Part shown: one piece after another, positions 20,301-29,237 of the stretch
Layout: every line of letters starts with the position of its first letter
How positions within the stretch are numbered: position 1 is the stretch's first letter
Origin: a virus
Virus record (IMG/VR): IMGVR_UViG_3300010396_000006
Location: 41,648-105,647 of that record
Strand: one strand, 5' to 3'
Length of the DNA stretch: 64,000 bases
The notes under the pieces: model-generated
Databases searched by the model: none
What the model saw: only the letters and a program-made list of their open reading frames with translations
What the model was told of the DNA's origin: nothing
Program-made: the position numbers and the translations under genes

Positions 20301-21037
20301 TTGCTGGTCTGATTTCGGACGGCGGCTTGTGGCCGACCAAGGAAGAAACGGCCAAGATGGCCCCCGCTTTTGACAGTCTGTTCGCTGAATTCCGCAAACA
20401 AAAGTATGGAAGCGAAAATCGGATTGATCAGTCTCGATCGGAAATCAAATCGGCAGTCTTGGATTTGGTTGGTCAATCCGTCTTTAAATCGTCGCGATGG
20501 ATCACAATCCATCCGCACGGTGAAGACGCGAAAGGCGTCCATATCCAGATCAATGACGACGGCGAGATCCTGTCAGGTCCCGCACATCTTCGCGACAAGG
20601 GAATTACCCACATGGGGGATTTCGCGAAGCGGGGAAGCAATCAAGCGGCCGTGGACGAACTGAAGCCTCACGCTCTCGAATTCCTGACCGAGCAACACAA
20701 GCTGAGAGAACATCACAAAGCCGAAGCTCGCAAACTGACTGGCAAGAATGCCGGCAATCTGGCGATGTCGGAAAACAGCTATCACGATCATTCGGATGCT
20801 CATCGATTCGAGACCGCCGCTCGCACATTCGCCCGAGAGAATCCCGATGCTGGATTGAATCCAGATGCTCACGACACGCCGGCCAAAGTCTGGGAGCTAA
20901 TCCGGGAGGGCAAGAAGAAAGCCCCGCTGATCAATTCGAAGGAAGTCCACGAGACAGCCAGAGCCTGGGTGAAGAATCACCGAACGAAGCGTGCGCCGGT
21001 AGGCACATACGAACACGATTCCGATTGGAACTTCTGA
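14330..21037 (+). CDS. portal protein fused to multiple effector domains (polyvalent protein)
   Basis: HK97-type portal N-terminus ('LLSKPNP...LRLTGGAF', 'GKVIAV', 'VNEARALRGMPP'); 2H domain (PHVT...PHCT); 'AGNYKKDH...IENPKGS...DYGYIKGT...DGDHIDVFVG' pyrophosphatase-like domain; Zn ribbon; three WITIHP repeats; 'GVQWGN...LAHEWGHAFD...EQFARCFE' LPD/metallopeptidase-type domain. Confidence 0.88.
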   Translation: MSQIMSRRRNRNRRVENYRKNSDRVVEHPNVPAPELNDSQIKSMASQMRAALAGSFGGAQVTNHREEALHYEGNSYVNIAAICAQMMMVTITAYVDGSNQLRQQSVRKSLRGLVGSRWKSQYGVDEASSKQLESDHYLMRLLSKPNPHEPGSMFRYRQTLQLRLTGGAFLWNVPNINGRTCERYVIPTTCLTPVYPDNTLPYGGYRVQPNCMRWIPLVDDGFVIGTPALMRVLGMIIDAREIQKVGYPHPIWLDDFQSPMSAGAQWVDAERSINIARAMGISRGMNPSGFLELSKEYMGIEQDALNITQRKLDRQYGGVNNTGKVIAVAPDTKFTGYDRSPKDMEYHEGYLDHREANQSLHGVHPIITGGQPPGAYAAYYAAMRAFDNNTLTPICDMLAESDTFHIAPQFGEGITIEIEPKPINDEDELNSRLQVDGQLGIIKVNEARALRGMPPLDGAQGEKLCGPTSKDKVGQDQDSDNPSKPKKPKQSGDAPSTPEVQEAEQADVPKAPENPIVGKSESKSLQAAMEGMKEADEDYIQEIVAKALDSRLKAMQPAEKPKRKYSSTQFDLPAGLAEKVQEMAALINPADLASDGIEENPHVTCLYGLTEESPNDVKKAVKGISAGPIVLESLSLFPAGDKLAQHGGEQFDVLKISIGGKFIHEIHNAIAESCEYETDYADYSPHCTIAYLKPGKGRKYVTMNNPVDGMTFIPDKLIFSSKNRTVSAIRLSVLKSVEEQPSEAQITAGNYKKDHITIQGLRISIENPKGSVRSGRDDDGNEWSTKMRNDYGYIKGTKSDSDGDHIDVFVGPNPSSELVFVIDQVNPQSGQHDEHKCMLGFDSKDQAKSAYLENYSKGWKGFGGITPMHMDQFKEWLDSGDSSKGIARKSLTAAFSESEMKGHNPISDIQAIGKRLAESDCGMPGYGQIFIKENGSGQAWYVGGDGDERGFDKTVIQELKKVTGIDEVRYESESFPPDGEGWIQVYPKVSKRKSLGMSEGIGSDGGFAVASEDERCPKCPKCGSRETHHARTDGTGNAICSNCKSIFTDPDYGKQKSVSFPSSEVVPGNNGHQFPKNTLILGGDQVLMPPESELKSKWITIHPGGDKDATGIHILIDEDGEIKGGPAELRDKGIRKMSDFGKEDLKPVKPKDNHEKAAFNASKRADQASADAKESGDLFDHIAAKEAHMHAAAHHSKGGNEDQASYHRKAAQQHGSAATPTAPASNGQLSDEKIIQAMKPSVDRSGMVEAEELRSMPEFAGMSKEKFDQRMMDMAKVDQPGGPKVSLHRYDRAESLSADDKKKMIFDPDAPARFEDGQKGAYYNAVSIRKSLSEMKSHWITIHPHGDEHDGTHVLIDGEGNIEGGPEGLAKRGIHKLSDFGKGGESADKPHETREEWAKRHSDAADHWLHGVNNDLAAVHQEHGDLITKKHMTDSFRNHVNTGRMTPDQYEDHVSKGTILGGHDYERAQHVEQKIHEIKNRPLTVPEPDGKHPYVEPPAKPPEEKPEIRPDIDAPISKKDTPRETAAKQKKIDDDYAFARNSSIPNVGEDVADSARHKRNAWRGLEDAESNGTAESMVTRDNLLKAEPHNLMSHAGKHPLTSLAMHYAMRSFPAKPSSNREVANASDRKDYHEAYQSIKAKAEHLAETESDPRAAAEKLREHVGNHLKGLRERKIPGPTIPVADRYNKTANNLVGMHKALRFASYGRPSANSVHGKMEEFSKAMAGKYGLPEKYEPEAAKQFASHIETHAKDIIDGKSLPQSFGIKGEKKNEFNPADRYVKHAERAGGKDVSHQTATGVSAANSVVNDFGMRGVQWGNSVTDDERHHHAAKVVEALTDLADTLGIKPADLSLGGKLALAIGARGKGTASAHYEPHTQAINLTRASGVGTLAHEWGHAFDHSLENFANRATSAVYHSENYRSSPAMQKLTSDFRSSGFTNRIHSEVRDMVRQGLMSKKKAEYWLSTREQFARCFESYVQHKLADTNQKNTYLAGLISDGGLWPTKEETAKMAPAFDSLFAEFRKQKYGSENRIDQSRSEIKSAVLDLVGQSVFKSSRWITIHPHGEDAKGVHIQINDDGEILSGPAHLRDKGITHMGDFAKRGSNQAAVDELKPHALEFLTEQHKLREHHKAEARKLTGKNAGNLAMSENSYHDHSDAHRFETAARTFARENPDAGLNPDAHDTPAKVWELIREGKKKAPLINSKEVHETARAWVKNHRTKRAPVGTYEHDSDWNF

Positions 21038-21144
21038 TTCATCAATAGCCAGACAGTTGCGGAATCTCTAAGATTTCTGCGATTGATCTGGTCCCGTTGA
21101 TGGAGCATGAAGATGATTCAACGCATGCAAGAAAGGTTTTCAAA

Positions 21145-21831
21145 ATGGAGATGAATCGACGCTCACTACTCGGAATGATCCTTGGTTCGGCTTGCTCGTT
21201 ATTATTGCCAACTAAGTCGATATCCGCTGGTTTGAAGTCACTGGAAATTCCGGTCGATGCGAACGGCATCCCAATTCACTGTTATGTCTGGAACGTGCCA
21301 AACATCAACGGCCGGACGTGCCAGAGACATATTATTCCTGTCGACGATCTTGCATTGATTAAAGCGAATACGGAGTTGCCTTATAGTGGGTATCGTATCA
21401 GCCAATCCCCCAATCGATGGGCATCCATGCCGCTTTATGGGGAAAGCCCGGTTGAAAATCCATCATTGCGAGTCGCTGGATATATCATTGATGACAGGCA
21501 AGTAGAACGAATCTCTCCATCGAATCCATTTCGGCTGAAGTTGCTTTACCATCATGACGTCGAGGTATGCTTTATTGACGGGTCTGCCGATGACTCGATC
21601 GCCTTCTATCTCGCATGGCAAAGATGCCGCCAAACTCCATCGCAAGAATCGGAGTTGCGAAAACATTTAGCGAATGGCGACGGCATTGCGATTGGCTTTC
21701 GCAAATCAAATTTGATGTCTTTTGTGGCAATCAACCAAGCGGTTATGGACTGCGGTGTCCCATGCTTTGAGACAGACAAAATGACAGAAAGCGAAAATCG
21801 ATGCACGCGGACGTATGCTCACGTCAGCTAG
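21145..21831 (+). CDS. protein with twin-arginine-like leader and an ~80-aa portal-derived segment
   Basis: 'MNRRSLLGMILG'; 'WNVPNINGRTCQRHIIP...LPYSGYRI...RVAGYIIDDRQVERI' matches the portal segment at ~14840-15063. Confidence 0.7.
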   Translation: MEMNRRSLLGMILGSACSLLLPTKSISAGLKSLEIPVDANGIPIHCYVWNVPNINGRTCQRHIIPVDDLALIKANTELPYSGYRISQSPNRWASMPLYGESPVENPSLRVAGYIIDDRQVERISPSNPFRLKLLYHHDVEVCFIDGSADDSIAFYLAWQRCRQTPSQESELRKHLANGDGIAIGFRKSNLMSFVAINQAVMDCGVPCFETDKMTESENRCTRTYAHVS

Positions 21832-21840
21832 GGAATCGCA

Positions 21841-21926
21841 AAATCTTACTGATTTCAGTTGACATCCTTGCCGATATCTGGATAGCATTCTGAACATGTG
21901 AGCGGGTTGAACCAGTAACTCCCCGC
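21841..21926 (+). promoter_or_regulatory. promoter module 2
   Basis: AAATC-TTACT-GATTT, TTGACA-18-TAGCAT, imperfect hairpin with CCAGTAAC loop. Confidence 0.7.
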
Positions 21927-21963
21927 GAAATTCTCTTGTTCCTGCTATCAGAAGGTGCGACGT

Positions 21964-22347
21964 ATGGCAACGAAAAATGGTCCCGAGAATATGTCTGAGT
22001 ACATCCGAGGATTGTTGAAAAGCGATCCAAGTCGAACGATGTCGAATGTGGTCGAGTGTCTGGCCGAAGACTATCCAGGCTACAAGGCCAACAAAGGAAG
22101 CCTGTCGGTCGGCTTTTACACGATGCGAAAGAAGCTCGGTATCACGTCAGGGCGCAAGGCTCGCGGCAAGTCACAACGGAAGCCGATCAAGGTTCATCGA
22201 CCAGTATCCATTCGTGGAGGGACGATAACCGGAGTCCGTCTTTCAATCGATCATCTGGCGTCTGCCGCAAAGTTCGTCGGTGAAGTCGGCGGGTTCAAAG
22301 CCGCGATTGAATCCGTCAAGCAAGTCCAGACGGTTCAGGTTCGCTGA
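21964..22347 (+). CDS. basic putative DNA-binding protein (planctomycete-type)
   Basis: 'MSEYIRGLL...' N-terminus, Lys/Arg-rich linker, C-terminal 'LASAAKFVGEVGG'. Confidence 0.55.
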   Translation: MATKNGPENMSEYIRGLLKSDPSRTMSNVVECLAEDYPGYKANKGSLSVGFYTMRKKLGITSGRKARGKSQRKPIKVHRPVSIRGGTITGVRLSIDHLASAAKFVGEVGGFKAAIESVKQVQTVQVR

Positions 22348-22363
22348 TCATTGGTTGGTTGTG

Positions 22364-22392
22364 ATGGAGCAAGGAGGCTCCATTTTCTTTTG
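22364..22392 (+). terminator. intrinsic terminator
   Basis: ATGGAGC/GCTCCAT stem followed by TTTCTTTT. Confidence 0.55.
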
Positions 22393-23803
22393 GAGAGATT
22401 CGAATGTCGGATGATCTATTCCGCATCAATCCAAATGCATTCGACGATCCAGCGTTGGCGGCATGGCGTGACGAACTGATCAAAGTCGGGCCGATGCGAG
22501 TCGGGCTGCCAATCAAAACAGAAAGTGAAACCATGCCGAAATATGCATACAGAGCATCCAGCGGTGACTGTGAAATCGGGCATCATGTGACATGCGATCA
22601 GGACAAGGTGATCAGCCATGTCGTAAGCATGGTTCGACATTCGCGTTATCCAGATCGATCAGACGCCATTGAGATTCACAACGATTCTACCGGGGAACAC
22701 ATCTGCATCTTGGCGTTCCACAAATCGCGGGTGATTGCGATCTATCCGAATTGCGTAACGACTTGGGCCAACGGATCAGAGTTATCTCTTAAATTGTTGG
22801 ACGAACCAGTATCAGTCGATGCCAAATTCCACGACAACCGCATTGGGCAAAAGTGCTGGTATTATGTCTATGATTTCAAAGCCAGAGCCGCCGGCCCGTG
22901 GCTTCAAGGGTTCCTTCGCATGTGGGGAACCGACTTCATAGAGTTCGAAAGTGGTACTGGATTGTTTCCGATTGCCGTGATCGAGGATGATGAAACCGGA
23001 AAGTGTTGTTCTGTTCCGGTGGATCAAGTTCATTTCTCAGCAACAAAGCCAGAAAACGAGACGCCATGAACAAGGAACAGCGGGACGCATTGAAAGAAAA
23101 GATCGAAGAATTCGATGATCGAGAGAGGCGAATCGCGATCATCAAAGAAATCTTTCGACAATGCGAAGGTTCATCGCATTGCATGCACCTCAAGGATATG
23201 ACGGATTTCTTGCGTGAGTGTGCGCCGGAGGAATCGGTCATGTTGGCCGTAGTCGCCTTGCGTCCGATTCTCCAGGCGATCTTGGAACGCGACATCAAGG
23301 CGATTCAGGAACTCCGTCCGGAACTCTGAAAGGCGGATTGCAGGATGCTCAATCGTTTACTCGCATGGTTCAGGCTGAATGGATCGAAAATCGGAACCTA
23401 TTCTGAGTTTGAAGATTGCTGGCTCGGCTATTATGGAAAGCCGATTTATGAGCCACCGGCCATGATCGAAGCCGCAAAACAGCAGATCATCGACCGAGAC
23501 GGCACAATCAACGAGATTCGCAATCTGTATGGATTGCCGTCATTGATCCAATTTGAAAGGCCTTATTCGTCATGTGGGACCGAGATCGCATCAGACAAGC
23601 CGCAATGAAGCTCTGTCGCATCCGTGGCCTCAATCCGAACGAAGTGATCCAGGCCGCATGCCCAGAGATTGAGAACGACAAGAACGTCTATATGTGGGAA
23701 TCGGTCGTTGGTGAGATCCGCCGAGCCGTGGAAGTTCAGGAAGCAATCGAGTTCGCGAAAGGCCTGTAACTCAATTGCGTCATCTAAAACAGGAAAGATT
23801 CCA

Positions 23804-24478
23804 ATGTACGAACGATTCACGGATCGGGCCGCGAAAATAATGCAATTGGCCAATCAAGAAGCCCAGCGATTCAATCATGAATACATCGGGACCGAACATA
23901 TTCTGTTGGGACTCGTGAAAGAGGGTTCAGGTGTTGCGTCAAACGTCTTGAGAAATCTGGACATCGACTTACGCAAGATCCGCTTGGAAGTTGAAAAGAT
24001 GGTCGGAAGCGGTCCCGATATGATCACAATGGGAAAGCTGCCTCGGACGCCAGGGGCGAAGCGGGTTGTTGAACTGGCGATCGAGTCCGCGAATGCACTC
24101 GGGACAAATTACGTCGGGACCGAACATCTGTTGCTTGGTCTGATCGGCGAGAGTGAAGGCATTGCGTTCCAAGTGTTGCAGAAACTTGGTGCTACAAATG
24201 ACAAGGTGATTGCCGAGTGGGAATCGCTGATGGGCCAGACAGCGCCCGGCAGATCAACAAAGCCAGTTCGGGAACCACTGGCGTTTGTTTTCGCGAATTA
24301 TCCCCAAGCGTACGTTCCGATATTCGATACGCCGCGGAGCATGCCTCCGGTCATGGAGGAAGTGATCACGATTCTCGGCGTGTCCATGTGGAACGGTCGG
24401 GAATGGGTCTCGCGCTTCGGTGCCAAATGCGACCAGAAGTTGATCAAATGGTGGATACCGTTGTTCAATGTGGTTTGA
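23804..24478 (+). CDS. stand-alone ClpC N-terminal (Clp repeat) domain protein
   Basis: 'MYERFTDRA...EAQRFNHEYIGTEHILLGL' and second repeat 'YVGTEHLLLGL'; no AAA+ domain follows. Confidence 0.85.
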   Translation: MYERFTDRAAKIMQLANQEAQRFNHEYIGTEHILLGLVKEGSGVASNVLRNLDIDLRKIRLEVEKMVGSGPDMITMGKLPRTPGAKRVVELAIESANALGTNYVGTEHLLLGLIGESEGIAFQVLQKLGATNDKVIAEWESLMGQTAPGRSTKPVREPLAFVFANYPQAYVPIFDTPRSMPPVMEEVITILGVSMWNGREWVSRFGAKCDQKLIKWWIPLFNVV

Positions 24479-24995
24479 TCGTCGCGTCGAAAGGATTGGT
24501 GATGCGCAAATACATCGTATGGAGGCGAAAGAACGATCAGGCCAAATGCACAAAGACCGGGCATGACGTCAAGGCCCTGACGCAATCCGAGGCCGACACG
24601 AAGATGAGGCGAATGCTTCAGAACCTGGGCGAAGTGGCTCAGTTGATCGCAAGACCAGTCGGTGTCGATCCGAACGACAAGTAAATCGGAAAATCATGCA
24701 ACCGATCGAACTCAGAATTGCCGTCGTCCTCGCCGCATGCGATTCGCCATACAGTTATGGCTACATCGACACAAAATGGTATGGGTCAAATCGATTCCGC
24801 CAAGGCATGCGATACTTTTGGAAGTTCACGAATAATGGCTGGCGGTTCATCAGTCGATTTCGAGCCGCTGATTCAATGCAAACACGGAAGCTGCCTGAGT
24901 GGCAAAAGAACTCGCACGATCGGAGGTACGTCAGACTGCCATCGACGTATGGTTAGCGACAAGACAACTGTCTCCAGAAAGTGATTCTCCGTGGC

Positions 24996-25029
24996 AGACC
25001 GCTCGACCCACTAGCGAGCGGTCTGTTTC
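24996..25029 (+). terminator. intrinsic terminator
   Basis: CAGACCGCTCG / CGAGCGGTCTG followed by TTTC. Confidence 0.6.
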
Positions 25030-25051
25030 ATTGGTCGAAAAGAAATTATAG

Positions 25052-25157
25052 AAATCTTTTTGATTTTCCGATAAAATCGACGCCTCGATCTTGAATAGGA
25101 AAATCTTTCTGATTATCATCGGCCCATCGCAACGCGACTGATGACAGTAACCATCAG
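25052..25157 (+). promoter_or_regulatory. promoter module 3 (two operators)
   Basis: Operators at 25052 and 25101, TTGAAT-17-TATCAT, hairpin CTGATG-ACAGTAAC-CATCAG. Confidence 0.75.
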
Positions 25158-25199
25158 AAACGCTGATTCTTGCGAAGAGATCTCTGAAGGAATTCGACT

Positions 25200-25946
25200 A
25201 TGTCTGAATCAACTCTCATTCTGCATCGTGGGGCCAAGATCGTCAGCCGTGAACAAGTGGCCGCTGTGCCTCTGATCGAATCGACCGATACCTATTTTCC
25301 GACGCCACATATCGAAGTCTTGGAAACCGCAGAGCGAACATTGAAGACCGCTGGATTCGAAATCAGCAAAAGCCAGTTGGCCTTGAGTGCTGACGGAGCC
25401 AGATTCTTCGGTACACTGGATCTGCAAAGTTCGATCGTCGAAGGCGTCTCGCTGGCGATAGGCGTTCGCAACTCGATCGACAAGATGTTCCCGATCTCCC
25501 TGACGGCCGGCTCCCGAGTGTTCGTTTGTGACAATCTGGCCTTCAGTTCAGAAATCTATGTGGCCAAGCGTCACACGAAGTTCGGGAAACTGCGATTCGA
25601 CGAAGGGATTGCGAAATCGATGCAATCGCTCGGTCAGTTCAAGCAACTAGAAGCGAAGCGGATCGAGCATTACCAAGCCTGTGAGATGACCGATCATCAG
25701 GCTGAATCATTCCTGTTGCGAGCGTATGAAGCCGAGATCCTGACTCACTTCACGTTGCCAACCGCGATCAAGGAATGGCGCAAGCCGAGTCATGAGGAAT
25801 TCGCCAAGCGAAATGCGTGGTGTGCTTTCAACGCGATCACGGAAAGTCTGAAGGTACGACAGAGCAATCCTCAGAAGTTCGCTGGCCTGACGATGAAGCT
25901 ATACGGGTTGCTTGATTCGACGGTCGGATTCAGTACTGCGATCTAG
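25200..25946 (+). CDS. DUF932-family protein
   Basis: 'DGARFFG...IGVRNSIDK...AGSRVFVCDNL...KRHT...NAWCAFNAITE'. Confidence 0.8.
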   Translation: MSESTLILHRGAKIVSREQVAAVPLIESTDTYFPTPHIEVLETAERTLKTAGFEISKSQLALSADGARFFGTLDLQSSIVEGVSLAIGVRNSIDKMFPISLTAGSRVFVCDNLAFSSEIYVAKRHTKFGKLRFDEGIAKSMQSLGQFKQLEAKRIEHYQACEMTDHQAESFLLRAYEAEILTHFTLPTAIKEWRKPSHEEFAKRNAWCAFNAITESLKVRQSNPQKFAGLTMKLYGLLDSTVGFSTAI

Positions 25947-28768
25947 TCGCGGCCTGCTGCTCTCCCCGCTCAATTGTGGGCGGGGACTGTTGTGCGCCGA
26001 AAGACAATCTTGAACGGAGAGAACACAATGCCGCGAATCTACTCATCTGCCAATGATCCGCTCGACTTCTGCAAACGATGCTTTCCAAAAACCGAATCCG
26101 CCGCCGAGAAGAAATACGCTCAAGACGGACCGGGTCCGGACAATCGTGGCAATTGTTTCACCTATGATGCTGATCATCCGCCCTATGAATGCGAAGATTA
26201 CAGGTGCCACAAATGCAACAAGCTTCTGACCGAGGTCGATAATTACACCCAAAGCTGAGTGATCCTTGCAAAGCGAATGGTGTCAGTATTGACGAACATG
26301 GAAAGGTTCGTAGGACTGGAGACATCCAAATTATGATCAAACGCATTACGGTACAGGATGAATCGGAACGCTGCGGCTATTGTGGCTCGAAGTGTTCTCA
26401 GGGCGAAATCATGTGGCGAGACGATCAGACTGGCGCTGTCGGTTGCAGTCGTCGTTGTTGCGTGGATGCCGCCGGAGCTAAAACCCAAGTCATCCATCGT
26501 CAGCAATTAATCAGCGGACTCGGCCCAACGTATTCGCTTCTGGTCGGGAATTGATATCCTGTTGAGGCATTGAACCATGTCACCGGCGGCAGGGGAGTGG
26601 CGAAATATACTCCCCTGCCGCTCCCGCCTCTCAAAAGGAATTGAACTCGATGAAAGTGATTGAAACACTCACGCTCGAACAGAATCAGCAACTGGCGTTA
26701 ATGCTCAAGATGACGGCTGCTATCTCAACGCGGTTCTCAGAGTTCGAATCGACCGAACAGCAGATGATCGAAACGCTCGTTCTGAGCGGCATCAGTGGTC
26801 TGATCGGCCTTGGTTCAAACACGGAGATTCACAATCAGACCATTCGAAGCGGAGCGTTGTTTCGAATCTATGATGAAGTGATGTCGCTGGTGAAAGAGCG
26901 GATTGAGGCCGCGATCTTCGAGGCGACACCGCTGGACACGTCAACAGAAATATCGACCATTTCATCTTTAGAAACAAGGGCCGGCTAATGGGCAGATCTG
27001 CACAGATCATATTGAAGTCAACCCGACGATCGGCATCGGCCGTTATCGGCCTGCTGGATCTTCTGGGAATGTTTTGTCGATCTGAAAAGGAGTTATTGAC
27101 TTCGTCGACAGTCTTGCTGATTTCGGAGATATGCGCATCCCTGGAACTGCCTCTCGAACTCATGAAGGGGAAATTGACCGATCCAGACGTCGTCGATCGT
27201 ATGGCCAACGATATATTTGAATTCGCAAAAGAACGGATTGAGAAAGAGGCCAGACAGGCAACATCCAGCAATTGATTCGGAACGTGGACAGTTCCGACTG
27301 AGGGTTAATTGATGTGCAACTTCGTCCAGTTTGTTCGGTGGCACAACTGCACTGAATCTGAGTCGCTGGAGCTGTGGCAGCATCTGGGAACGAGGAGATT
27401 TTTGAAGATGATGAAAGATGGTCCTCCAAAGGCTGAAGTGATTGCCGGTGTCTGCCCGAATTGCGGGGAGAAATTCGCTGAGTTGAAAGACGGCAAGATT
27501 CCAACCCACGACTTTCCCCGGCCGTGCCGAGCAGTGTGCCGAGGGTCTAATCAACAGCCGCGGCATCCCGACGACAAGTCGCTGTTGTGGTGCGATGGTG
27601 GCCAATAACTGCGGGTAATGACTGAGTTCTGACGGCTGTTTTGACGGAACATTTCGCATTCTGTGAGGAGGAATGATCGGTGAGACAGGTTGTTGACCGA
27701 ATTACCTGCGATGACTGCGGTCGAGTCTACGAATTTGAGGCACTACGTACCGGCACGTCGCCCATCATCGCTCGATTTGATTCTCTCACGGAATGGCTAA
27801 AGCGACTCGGTTGGAATTGCCGGCCAATGGAAAACAGCCGATTTGCGTTTGAAGACAAGTGTCCCGACTGCATCCAGAGAAAGTGAATGGAGGATTGATG
27901 CGTTTTTTGGCGGCATTCTGGGGATCATTTGCAGTCGGTTTTTTGGGCTGCATGGCGTGGCTGTATTTCAGTCTTTTTGACTCATCTGATCCGTCGTGGA
28001 CAGACAGCTTCGGCTTCGGCGTGATTCTGATCTGCCCATTGGCAGGCGTGGCCCTCGGGGTAATTGCGACGGCCGTCGATCTGGTCGCCGTCGTTGCTTC
28101 GAAGTATTCGAGGAGAGGCTAAATGGATGACAAAAGGGTCGTGCGATTACTTGGGTTCTTGATGATTGGTTTGGCGATAGTCGCCGCAGCAACTTGCAGC
28201 AGTGGCGGATTCTCGGGAGGAACGTCCGGGCGGCTGAATAGGACGGCAATTTGGCCCGGCGGATTCGATCCGGGCAAGACGTGTCTTCCGTAACGACGCA
28301 ACTAATCAGGTTCTATGAAGGGAGTGCGAACGTCGGCCACTTGGGCGGAATACGTGTGGTGGTGAGGGATCAGTCCATTGAGCACGTCGCGAACTTCAAT
28401 AATCGACCCAGAGACGTGACAGGCCGGAGAGACGGCCAATTTGAATTCATGTCCCGACCTGGGAGGGGAAGAGCGATGAGTCTCACGGCGTTGGAAAAAT
28501 GCGATATTCGAAAATCGAACGCGGAGAGGATTCGCACCTTGTGGAGGGCGATGACGCCAGTCCAGGGAGAGCAGCGAGTCATCTACCAATGTGGCGACTG
28601 CAAGAAATTGTTCGGCCGTCGCTTCGTTCCGTATGGCCTTGGCTACGGGCTTACTGTTGGGTCGTGCGTATGCCAGTTGACTGGTCATCGTCCGATGCAT
28701 GAAGTCGCTTCAAAGAATCCGTAGACGATAGCTGTTTGGTTCTGCGATCGGTTTTAGAGGGTAACTGA

Positions 28769-29212
28769 ATGATCAAATCCATTCCGAATATGCCGAAGCA
28801 AACCACGCCCACGAACTGCTTTTCGGCGTGTCTTGCGTCCGTCCTGGGCTGCTCGATCGAGAATGTTCCGTCAGGTGCCGACGGCGCGTCGTGGGATTGG
28901 GACGCCGTTCAACTGTGGCTTGCTGCCGAATTCGGTCTCCAGTTGCTGGAAGTGACATTCGGCGAAGGCGGGACGATCTATCCGATACCGGTTCGCGTGC
29001 CGTGCATCATTACTGGAAATTCGCCGCGTGAGTGCGTTACCGGTCGGCACGCCGTTGTGGCTGAAGCGATTGGTCTGGATGGATTCTGCGTGATCCACGA
29101 CCCGCACGCGTCTAACGATGGACTGGATGGCGAGCCGACGCATGCGTGTTTCTTCGTTCCGATCAAGGTGACGGACGTATTCATGCACGAGCGAGAAAAT
29201 GTTGAGCGGTAA
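28769..29212 (+). CDS. papain-like (C39-like) peptidase
   Basis: 'QTTPTNCFSACLAS' ... 'HAVV' ... 'IHDP' (Q-C-H-D). Confidence 0.6.
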   Translation: MIKSIPNMPKQTTPTNCFSACLASVLGCSIENVPSGADGASWDWDAVQLWLAAEFGLQLLEVTFGEGGTIYPIPVRVPCIITGNSPRECVTGRHAVVAEAIGLDGFCVIHDPHASNDGLDGEPTHACFFVPIKVTDVFMHERENVER

Positions 29213-29237
29213 ATTTCGCATTCTGATTGGAGGATTG

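Noticed and set aside
14330-21037. Intein-containing portal or fused-ORF artefact
   Set aside because: No intein splice motifs or LAGLIDADG blocks recognised; the frame is continuous and the domains are typical polyvalent-protein cargo
12193-21831. Diversity-generating retroelement template/variable repeats explaining the TerL and portal duplicates
   Set aside because: No reverse transcriptase seen, and the differences are not adenine-specific
23669-23803. N-terminal extension of the Clp-N ORF given in the ORF track
   Set aside because: Homology starts at MYERFTD (ATG 23804) with its own RBS; the extension overlaps another ORF
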